This document shows, in pieces, positions 12,676-21,569 of a stretch of DNA of 64,000 nucleotides. The translations under genes were made by a program, and so were the position numbers. Source of the DNA: Azolla caroliniana (taxonomy: Eukaryota; Plantae; Polypodiophyta); the NCBI GenBank assembly GCA_043228905.1, contig JBHGNT010000021.1:4898001-4962000 (forward strand), given 5' to 3'. How positions within the stretch are numbered: the stretch's first letter is position 1; each line of letters opens with the position of its first letter. Below the pieces are notes generated by a model. That model did not search any database. It was not told where the DNA came from and saw only the letters and a program-made list of their open reading frames with translations.

Positions 12676-15600
12676 TGTTGAGAACCAAGCTCAACATGGT
12701 ATGTGATGCTTATGAGAAATAAGCTATAGTAGCTATTTAGCTACTAGTGAACAAAAAGGTAAAACAACTATTTAGCTAGTGACAGCTAATTAGCTAGTGA
12801 ACAGCTATTTAGCGACTGACAGCTAATTAGCTACTGGCAGCTAATTAGCTGCATGTGTAATAACTTATGACTTAGGTAAAAGTAAGTGAGAGTAAATAGG
12901 AAGGAAGTAGTAAGAAAAAACAGAGAATAGTGAGTAGAGAACTCTGAGAGAGAGTGAGAGACCAGAAGACTGACGAGAGCAAGTTGAGCTCTACATGTAA
13001 TAGAAGAAAACCATTTTGCTACTACAGAGGTAAGTCCCCTTTCCTTTCTCTGTCTGTTTAGAGCACGCTAACGATCCAACACACTACGATCCGCCGCGCA
13101 CATAAGAAGAGCCCGAGTGCCTTCTTCACGTTTTCTTAACATGGTATCAGAGCAGAGTAGCTCGTAAGGAAGAGTATAGCAGTGCCTTAATCTGAGAAAG
13201 TTATTTCTCTGGTTGCTGATCAGAAATCAGAAAGTTACTTGTTGAAGTAACTAAAGCAAAACCCTGGTTTTTTGGAAGAAAAAAATGGCTGCAGAGAATG
13301 TAGGCCAAATGGTCACAGAGAAATTAGATAAAAACAATTTCCCGGCGTGGAAATTCAGAATGACAAACTTTCTGATGGGGAAAGGATACTGGGATTACAT
13401 TGAAGGAGACCTAGAAGAGGCTCCAGAGATCCCAGAAGAGAATGCAACAGCTGCACATATTAAGGCATTTAAAGATTGGAATCAAGGGGCAAGGAAAGTA
13501 ATGCATTGGCTATCACTCAGCATCTCAGATTCAATGCTTGGGCATATACAAGATGCTATGCTCCCAAAAGAAGCTTGGGACAGTTTGGTAAAACTGTTTG
13601 CAGTAAACACAAAAGCTAGAAAGCTACAGTTGAAGACTGAGCTAAATACCTTAGAAAAAGGTAAGATGTCAATAAATGAGTATGCCCTAAAAATCAAGAG
13701 TATATGTGAATCACTTGCTTCTATCAATGTGAAGATAGAAGATGATGACAAAGTGGAAATATGCTTAAGAGGCTTAGGACCTCAATACAAGAGTTTTAAA
13801 ACTTCTATGCTCACAAGGGATAGTATCCCAAGTTTTTCAGATCTGGTCTCAATGCTTGTGGTAGAGGAAAGGAATCAGATGGATGATGCAAATAAAGAAA
13901 ATCTTGAGAATGAGGGGCAAGCCCTATATAATAGTGCTGGAAGAGGCCGAGGAAGAGGCCATGGAAGATTTGGCTCAGCAAGAACCCACAATAATGGTTA
14001 TCAAGGAAGAGGACAACAAACCATTAGAGGAAGAAACAACAACAGAGGCAGGGGGAGCAACCGAGGTAGAGGTAAGCAAACATATGTAAATGATGATGGC
14101 TGTTGGTATTGTGGAAAACCAGGCCACACACAGGCTGAATGTTACAAGAAACAAAATGATGAGAAAAGAGGAAAAGGACAACAGAGTAACTATGCCTCTA
14201 CTAGTGAAGATTGTGAAAAGGAAGGTGTTCTTGTAGTGCAACATGAGATAGCAGCAGTGGCTGAAAGCTCACAGAAATGTAATGAAGAGTTTACGTGGTA
14301 TGTAGACTCGGGGGCATCTAACCATATGACTGGACATGCAAATTGGTTTGAGAGTTTAAGAGAACCAGAGGTTCCTGGTTATGTACAAACAGGTGATGAC
14401 ACAACTCACCAAATAAAACATGTTGGAGATATCCCATTGTGGGAAGAAAGAGGAAAAACCAAGTATATGTTGAATGTGATGCATGTTCCAAACCTTGCTA
14501 AGAATCTGATTTCTGTTGGACAGATTGTAGAGCAAGGTATGCAAGTGAAGTTTAAGCAAAGTGGATGCTATATAGAAAAGAATGGGAAGCTCATTGCAAA
14601 AGGGAAGAGACAAGGAAGAATGTTTATCTTGGATGTAGAAATGCCCAAACAGATTTCAGCCATGTTTGCAAATGGAACGAGTGTAATCTCAGATGTGGAA
14701 ATGTGGCATAAAAGAATTGGCCATATAAGTATGCAAACATTAAAGAATATGTTGAGAAAAGATGCAGTGGCTGGACTGCCAAACTTGAAAAAGTGTGAAA
14801 TGGGAAAAGTATGTGAAGCATGTCAATATGGTAAGCAAAACAGGTTGCCATTCCCTCATGAGAGACATGTAAGCAAAAATCTGTTGGATTTGGTACATAC
14901 AGATGTATGGGGACCAACAAAGAATGCATCTATTGGTGGATGCAGATTTTATGTTACATTTATTGATGATTGTTCACGGAAGACATGGGTGAAGGAGAAA
15001 AGTGAAGTATTTGACTGTTTTCGTAAGTTTAAATGCATGGTAGAAAAGCAGGCTGGTACAAGGATAAAATGTTTGAGATCTGATGGAGGAGGAGAGTATT
15101 TCTCCAATGAATTTTCTGATTTTTTGTGTAATCAGGGAATAAGAAGACAGTTCACATGCCGATATACTCCACAGCAAAATGGAGTTGCTGAGAGGAAAAA
15201 CAGAACTTTGGTGAACATAGCAAGGGCAATGATGACTGAGAAGAACATGCCATTATACTATTGGGCAGAAGCTGTAAATACAACAAATTACATTTTAAAT
15301 AGATGTATTACATCAGGAGTACATGAGGCAACTCCTGAAGAGTGTTTTTATGGCAGGAAGCCTAGCTTACAACACTTGAAAGTGTTTGGATGCCTTGCAT
15401 ATGTACATGTGCCTGCAGAAGTAAGAAGTAAGTTGGATCCAAAAGCAGAAAAATGTATCTTTGTTGGATATTCAGAAGAACAAAAAGGGTACAGATGTTA
15501 TAACCTTGTGACTAAAAATATTGTGACAAGTCGAGATGTGATATTTGATGAGTTGGCTAGTTGGTACAGCCCAAAACAGAATCTAGAGACTGATGAAGAC

Positions 15601-18106
15601 TGTCAAAATGAAGACAAAGACAGATCAGAAAATGTAGAAGACTGTCACAGAGATGGAGACAAGGTTGGACAGCAAAGTCCAACATCAACAGAATGTTCTG
15701 GACCATCAAAAAGCTCAGATGGTAAATCTGATTCAAATTCATGGAGTGGAAAAACTGGACAGAAAAAATCTGATGACAAAAAAGGAAAACAGAAAATGCC
15801 AGAGTATGAAATCCCGGATGACCTATCAAAAAACATGGAAGATGAAGATTCAGATATGTTTTTGGATGATTTCCTTGGAATACAGGAAATGAAAATCCCT
15901 GGTATGGAAAAGGCAATAAAGAATGCAAATCAGAAACTGAGAAGATCAGATAGAGAGAAAAAGACTGTGGAAAGATTTGGGTATGATACATATATGGCTA
16001 TGCACTATGCATATATGTCTAAGGTGGTACAGATCCCTGACCCAAACAGCTTTGAAGAAGCAAAATCTGAGAAGAAATGGATGGATGCAATGCAAGAAGA
16101 GATTGATGCATTGGCTGAGAACAAAACGTGGGATTTAGTGAAGTTACCAAAAGAGAAAAATGTGGTAGGCTGCAAATGGGTCTACAAGACAAAGCATGAC
16201 TCCAATGGGAATGTAAGTAGACATAAAGCAAGATTGGTTGCAAAAGGATATGCTCAGATGCAAGGGATTGATTATGATGAGACTTTTGCACCAGTTGCAA
16301 AGATGGCAACCTTGAGAACACTACTTGCTGTAGGAGCAGCCAGAAAATGGATTTTGCATCACATGGATGTAAAAAATGCTTTTTTACATGGTAACTTGGA
16401 AGAAGAAGTGTATATGAGTCAACCACCAGTTTTTGAAGATAAGAAACATCCTGATTATGTATGTAAGCTGGAAAAAGCTCTCTATGGACTGAAACAGGCA
16501 CCAAGAGCATGGCACAGAGAACTTTCAGATTCTCTGAAAAATCTTGGTTTCAAAATGTCAAAAGCTGATCCTTCTTTGTATGTAAAAAGTGAAAATGATT
16601 GCATTGTTATTATTCTGATTTATGTAGATGATTTGATTATTGGAGGAGATTCCGTGGATGAAATGAGAAAGTTGAAAAAAAATCTGGAAATGCAGTTTCA
16701 TATGAAAGATTTGGGAGATCTGAGATATTTTCTTGGTATTGAAATCATCAGATCTGAAAGTGGTATATGTATGTTGCAAAAACAGTATGCAACAACTATG
16801 TTGAAAAAGTATGGTATGCTTGGATGCAAACCTATTGCTGTACCACTTGATAAAAACTGCAAGTTGAGGGCTGATTTGGGAGCCAAGATAGAAGATGTAA
16901 ACATGTACAGGTCTATGGTGGGCAGCCTTATTTATTTGACTATAACAAGACCTGATTTGAGCTATGCTGTTGGATTAGTCAGCCAGTTTATGCAACAGCC
17001 AACAAAGCCACATTTGGACTGCATCAGAAGGATTCTGAGGTATGTAAAAGCAACTCAGAACTTTGGACTATTTTACAGGGCTGATCTAGACATAAATCTG
17101 GAAGGATATACAGATGCTGATTGGGCTGGAAGCCAAACAGACAGGAGATCCACAAGTGGATACATGTTTACCCTGGGAAGTGCAGGAATTTCATGGAGTA
17201 GCAAGAAACAGGCTACTGTTGCATTGTCCAGTACAGAAGCTGAGTATAGAGGGGCTGCAATAGCCACATGTGAAGAAGTATGGATCAGAAGACTGCTTGC
17301 TGATCTGGGAGTATATATAGATGGTGTTGTCACAATCTGGTGTGACAATATGAGCAGCATTCAGCTTGCAAAGAACCCAGTGTTCCATGCAAGAACAAAG
17401 CACATTGAAGTGCATTATCACTTTGTTAGAGAAAAAGTGATTGAAGGGGAAGTTGATCTGGTGTATGTGAATACAAATCAGCAGGTTGCTGATATTCTCA
17501 CAAAGGGATTGAGTGTGGAAAAGCATACACAGTTTCGGAACATGATGGGAGTTGTAGACATTGATATGATGGCTGAAAAGCATCATGAAAAAGAAGTTGT
17601 AGATAACCCCAAGAAAGGATAAGTTGAGCTTGAGGGGGAGTGTTGAGAAGCAAGCTCAACATGGTATGTGATGCTTATGAGAAATAAGCTATAGTAGCTA
17701 TTTAGCTACTAGTGAACAAAAAGGTAAAACAGCTATTTAGCTAGTGACAGCTAATTAGCTAGTGAACAGCTATTTAGCGACTGACAGCTAATTAGCTACT
17801 GGCAGCTAATTAGCTGCATGTGTAATAACTTATGACTTAGGTAAAAGTAAGTGAGAGTAAATAGGAAGGAAGTAGTAAGAAAAAACAGAGAATAGTGAGT
17901 AGAGAACTCTGAGAGAGAGTGAGAGACCAGAAGACTGACGAGAGCAAGTTGAGCTCTACATGTAATAGAAGAAAACCATTTTGCTACTACAGAGGTAAGT
18001 CCCCTTTCCTTTCTCTGTCTGTTTAGAGCACGCTAACGATCCAGCACACTACGATCCGCCGCGCACATAAGAAGAGCCCGAGTGCCTTCTTCACGTTTTC
18101 TTAACA
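12676..18106 (+). mobile_element. Young full-length Ty1/copia element B
   Basis: 466-bp LTRs at 12676-13141 and 17641-18106 (about 3 differences); TSD CTATA at 12671-12675 and 18107-18111; tRNA-iMet PBS TGGTATCAGAGC at 13142-13153; PPT at 17631-17640. Confidence 0.98.
13285..17622 (+). CDS. Copia gag-pol polyprotein, 1445 aa (gag, CCHC, PR, INT, RT, RNaseH)
   Basis: Uninterrupted ORF with CWYCGKPGHTQAEC, WYVDSGASNH, WHKRIGH..C..C, VHTDVWG, RSDGGGEY, QNGVAER, YVDD, YTDADW and KHIEVHYHF. Confidence 0.97.
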   Translation: MAAENVGQMVTEKLDKNNFPAWKFRMTNFLMGKGYWDYIEGDLEEAPEIPEENATAAHIKAFKDWNQGARKVMHWLSLSISDSMLGHIQDAMLPKEAWDSLVKLFAVNTKARKLQLKTELNTLEKGKMSINEYALKIKSICESLASINVKIEDDDKVEICLRGLGPQYKSFKTSMLTRDSIPSFSDLVSMLVVEERNQMDDANKENLENEGQALYNSAGRGRGRGHGRFGSARTHNNGYQGRGQQTIRGRNNNRGRGSNRGRGKQTYVNDDGCWYCGKPGHTQAECYKKQNDEKRGKGQQSNYASTSEDCEKEGVLVVQHEIAAVAESSQKCNEEFTWYVDSGASNHMTGHANWFESLREPEVPGYVQTGDDTTHQIKHVGDIPLWEERGKTKYMLNVMHVPNLAKNLISVGQIVEQGMQVKFKQSGCYIEKNGKLIAKGKRQGRMFILDVEMPKQISAMFANGTSVISDVEMWHKRIGHISMQTLKNMLRKDAVAGLPNLKKCEMGKVCEACQYGKQNRLPFPHERHVSKNLLDLVHTDVWGPTKNASIGGCRFYVTFIDDCSRKTWVKEKSEVFDCFRKFKCMVEKQAGTRIKCLRSDGGGEYFSNEFSDFLCNQGIRRQFTCRYTPQQNGVAERKNRTLVNIARAMMTEKNMPLYYWAEAVNTTNYILNRCITSGVHEATPEECFYGRKPSLQHLKVFGCLAYVHVPAEVRSKLDPKAEKCIFVGYSEEQKGYRCYNLVTKNIVTSRDVIFDELASWYSPKQNLETDEDCQNEDKDRSENVEDCHRDGDKVGQQSPTSTECSGPSKSSDGKSDSNSWSGKTGQKKSDDKKGKQKMPEYEIPDDLSKNMEDEDSDMFLDDFLGIQEMKIPGMEKAIKNANQKLRRSDREKKTVERFGYDTYMAMHYAYMSKVVQIPDPNSFEEAKSEKKWMDAMQEEIDALAENKTWDLVKLPKEKNVVGCKWVYKTKHDSNGNVSRHKARLVAKGYAQMQGIDYDETFAPVAKMATLRTLLAVGAARKWILHHMDVKNAFLHGNLEEEVYMSQPPVFEDKKHPDYVCKLEKALYGLKQAPRAWHRELSDSLKNLGFKMSKADPSLYVKSENDCIVIILIYVDDLIIGGDSVDEMRKLKKNLEMQFHMKDLGDLRYFLGIEIIRSESGICMLQKQYATTMLKKYGMLGCKPIAVPLDKNCKLRADLGAKIEDVNMYRSMVGSLIYLTITRPDLSYAVGLVSQFMQQPTKPHLDCIRRILRYVKATQNFGLFYRADLDINLEGYTDADWAGSQTDRRSTSGYMFTLGSAGISWSSKKQATVALSSTEAEYRGAAIATCEEVWIRRLLADLGVYIDGVVTIWCDNMSSIQLAKNPVFHARTKHIEVHYHFVREKVIEGEVDLVYVNTNQQVADILTKGLSVEKHTQFRNMMGVVDIDMMAEKHHEKEVVDNPKKG

Positions 18107-19483
18107 CTATACATAACAATAAGACCCCGACAACGGAAACCGTTCCGGCGAGAGATGCGGCGCAAGCTCGGGAGCTTGTGGAATTGAGAGAGGAACTTGC
18201 CGTGAACGAGAATTGAAGACGACGGCCGAAGCCGAATTAAAGAAGACTGCTGAGAACCTCCGCCCGACAGAGGAGAGCCTCCGGAAAGGCCATCAAGCGT
18301 ACGACTGGCTAAAGGAGGAGAAAGACAAAGTGCTGCAGGAAAAGGACAAGCTGCGGAAAACGGCGGAAACAAAGATTGAACGGCTAAAGGAAGAGCTCCG
18401 CCAGCAGAAGGATCGCGAGGACCGGGCCCGTCGTCAGATCAACGCACGGCTCAAGCAAAAGACGGATGATTTTGAGCACCTGCACCGGGACTAAAAATGG
18501 CTGGAAACGGAGCATAAAGAACGGATGGCCGAGCTCCAGCAGGCAGTTGATCGGGCCGCGACGGCGATCGCCGACGAATGGGCGGAAAATACAAGACGCT
18601 TGGAAGAGGCGGAGAAGGTCCGGATGGAGCTCCAGAGGCAGCAGCAGGAAGACAAAGAGAGAGCAGAGCGTCAACAGTATTGTAGAAATTACAAAGTACA
18701 TATCAAAGGCAATTGACGCATTACAAGGCGCAGGCGGAGGACAACGTAAAAATCATCAAACAATTGAAGGAGGAACGGCAAGCGGCGGAAACCAAATCGC
18801 AATTGGGAACGAGCCGGATTCAGTCCATCCTCTGGGCATGGCTGAATCAGACGAAGCACTTGATTGATGAAAGCTCCGTAAAATGGTGGACAAAGTGGGC
18901 ACAAAACGCGGCGGAACTCCAGTTGCTACGGGCGGATGTGGCAAACCGGCGGAAGGAAGGAGATGACTGTTATACGTTGACTTCCGAGGACTTCACCGCC
19001 ATATGGGATGAGCTGGCCGACGACTTCCAAGTCCTGGCAGATGAACAGCTGGCGCAGGTCAGGCAGCTCGTAGCTCAGCTGGACGATGATAGGCTGGACA
19101 CTCAAATCCAGTTTGAAAGCTACGAGCGGTCCCGGGTACGGGAAGAAAAAGCACGGGAAGCGACAACGGTTAACCTTAGTGATGAGGAACCATCGTCGGC
19201 TGAGGGCCAGCCGGGAACAAGTCAACCGGAGACCACCACGACGCAGGGAGCAACGACGGAGATGCCGGTGTCAGAGCCACAAACGGAGGAGCAGCCGCAG
19301 CAACCACCAACGGACCCGCCGCAGCAAACAGCAACAGAGCAGCAACAACAACAACAACAATAACCACTTCCAGATGAACCATTGGAGCCTCTCGAACAAA
19401 GCATTCTGGATATTTTGGACGAAGAATAGCAAGGGTCGGTTGTGGATTCGACATACAAGGTACTGTCCCACGGGCGTGCCATG

Positions 19484-19916
19484 TGTTACCGGCCGGCAAA
19501 GGAGTCCAGAGTGGGAAACTAAGAGCTAATTAAGGAGTAGGAATGTGGTTGTAATTAAGCTATGAGTGTGGACGGATGGACTGGAATCGGTATGCCGTTC
19601 CGGATCCGAACCGATCCCGAACAGGTGCGGATGGCACCGTTTTGTAATACAGACCGGAAACCTATTTAAAGGCCCGGATACAATGTAATAGTTAGCGGTT
19701 AATTAATGAAAGCTTAAGCGTTGTTATATCTCTGTGTTAATTGCCGTTCTGTCTTAATTGTTATATCTTACGCGTGTTATGAAGATGATCCTAATAAGTA
19801 ACTTAACTAAGTCGGATTAAGCGTTGAAGTCTAATCCGGTTGCCGTAACACCCTTTGGTGAAGTGTCTCCCGTAGACACCCTGTGTTAGGCCATTGTCCG
19901 GCCCGAAGAGTTAACA
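19484..19916 (+). repeat. Gypsy 3' LTR
   Basis: Direct repeat of 4611-5043, followed by TSD CAACG. Confidence 0.96.
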
Positions 19917-21108
19917 CAACGCTCGGCCACAACCGAGCTTAGAATCATACACAGAAAACCGGGAATGAATGCACGACACAGAGAAGAGAAGAGTACATAG
20001 GATGTTTACGTTGAAAACCCAAACTCGGGAAAAACCACGGCAGCCCACATACCGCAAACTATCACTATGTCAGAATGTACAATAAGAAAGCACCGAGGCC
20101 ACGACCTCGAGCTTGCTATCTTCGCCACAAGTGGCGGTTACAACAGAGGCAACAACCTCTTCCTCTCTCTCCCTCTCTCTGTACATAGTTGCACGCTCTA
20201 ATCTTACGCCAACAAGAATGACAACTACTCTCTACATAAGCAATGTTTGCCCTAAGTCATATTTATACTAATATGACTTTTCAGCTATTTACAAATATAG
20301 CCACGATGGACTCTCAGAAACATATTTACGAATATGTCTCTTCATCTGGTGAGCACTCCTCATCGGGCCTGCATCATCCGGCGCTTGCCGGGTACTCGTC
20401 ATCCGGTTCTCACGGGTCTTCCGTTTCAGGGTACTCGTCATCCGGTTCTCACCGGGTCTTCCGTAGCTGGGTATTCCTCATCCGGTTCTCACCGGGTCTG
20501 CACCATCCAGCTCTCCGTGGCCGGGTACTCGTCATTTCCCATATGGAGGGACCTGTTTCCTAACAATGGAAGATATGACAGAAAAAGTTGTTGATGGTGA
20601 AGTACCCACAAGGGAGTTGCAAGTTGAAGAAGGTAACCTAGAAGTGATAGCTGGAGATTGGCTTTTGGAGATCAATGCGTGTAAGGAAGCATTGGTAAGT
20701 GCCAAGTTGCAGTATATGAAGGTGTTAGTGCAAGATTTGTGTTTTGGATTTGCATTGAGTAGCAAAAAAGTTATGTGGGCATCAACTCTTCAACAACAAT
20801 TTGATCAATAGCCAAGAGAATTACTTGTAATGCATGATTGGAGTATCATGAACTTATCACCATTAAAGTATCCACCACAACTAATCAAATGTATAAAGGA
20901 GAAGGAATCATCTATCGACAATGGCAAGCAAAAAGAGGAAATCATAACAATTGATGAATCTTCGTGGGATAGGGAAAACAAATCATTCCACATCATGTCT
21001 AAGGAGGAAGAAGGAGTCATTGAAGAGAAAAGCATTATCAGCTTGGAGAAGATGATTTCAAGCTATATCCAAGGAGAAGAGCATCTAAGGTTTAGTTCTA
21101 AAAGGGGG

Positions 21109-21566
21109 TGAAGGGCATTAGTTGAGAGGGTTGCCCGTTTGTCGTTTTGAGGTAGACCGTTAGAGTTTCTTTTCTTCTTCATCATCTTGTCCCTATTTCA
21201 TTTTAGGGTTTCGGTTTTAGGTTCCCCTTTCATATCGTTTTCCTTTCTCTTGATTAGGGTTTAGTTCTTCTTCCTATTGGGTTAGGGTTTTCTTCTAGTT
21301 GTGCTCGAGTTCGGCCTATATGACCGCAATTGTAAATCGTATTGTGGCTTTCGTGCCCTATAATGGAATTAGCTTGATGAACCTTGTCTCAGTCTACCTC
21401 TTTTGTCTTTCTAATCTTCGCACATTGTTCTTCCCCTTTTGTGCTTGGAGGCTCGGTTAAGCTCCCATTCCCCTCCCCCCCCCTCTTTTACTCCCTAGTC
21501 CAAGACCCCCGTGGTCCCGCCCAAGCCGACATGCATGTGCGGATTTCCGCAGCACTGGATCTATCA
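21109..21566 (+). repeat. 3' LTR of the W-lineage element
   Basis: TG...CA termini after PPT AAAAGGGGG (21100-21108); carries the AGACCCCCGTGGTCCCGCC motif shared with the LTRs at 44162, 48234/59240 and 60362. Confidence 0.65.
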
Positions 21567-21569
21567 TTT

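Larger units (their letters stand above)
11014..19430 (+). pseudogene. Gypsy 3' additional ORF (PMD-like N-terminus, Pro/Glu-rich linker, coiled coil, poly-Q), interrupted by copia B
   Basis: ORFs 11014..12276, 18213..18494, 18525..18716 and 18713..19363 lie in sense between the integrase and the 3' LTR. A homologous C-terminus is present at 21670-22190 on the minus strand. Confidence 0.75.
4611..19916 (+). mobile_element. Full-length non-chromovirus Ty3/gypsy LTR retrotransposon (Athila/Tat/Phygy-type RT) with a 3' additional ORF
   Basis: Two 433-bp LTRs TGTTA..TAACA; TSD CAACG at 4606-4610 and 19917-19921; domain order gag-PR-RT-RH-INT; no chromodomain. Confidence 0.96.
4579..20565 (-). 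mobile_element. Solo LTR of copia family A, split by the gypsy insertion (4579-4610 plus 19922-20565)
   Basis: TGACAGGAAC...CCTAACA matches the LTRs at 37882-38491 and 42564-43101; TSD ATGGA at 4574-4578 and 20566-20570. Confidence 0.92.
2863..21566 (+). mobile_element. 5'-truncated gag-type LTR element (W lineage) with no pol domains; own sequence is 2863-4578 plus 20571-21566
   Basis: 2900-3190 translates FDQWVSS.KTH...VNKVLMFVKSI..KERNAIGI.LEDEDGANGLTENW, homologous to ORF 44981..46327. The sequence resumes after TSD ATGGA at 20566 and ends in PPT AAAAGGGGG followed by an LTR. Confidence 0.75.

Noticed and set aside
11014-19430. env gene (endogenous retrovirus-like)
   Set aside because: No signal peptide or convincing transmembrane segment; kept as an unassigned additional ORF.
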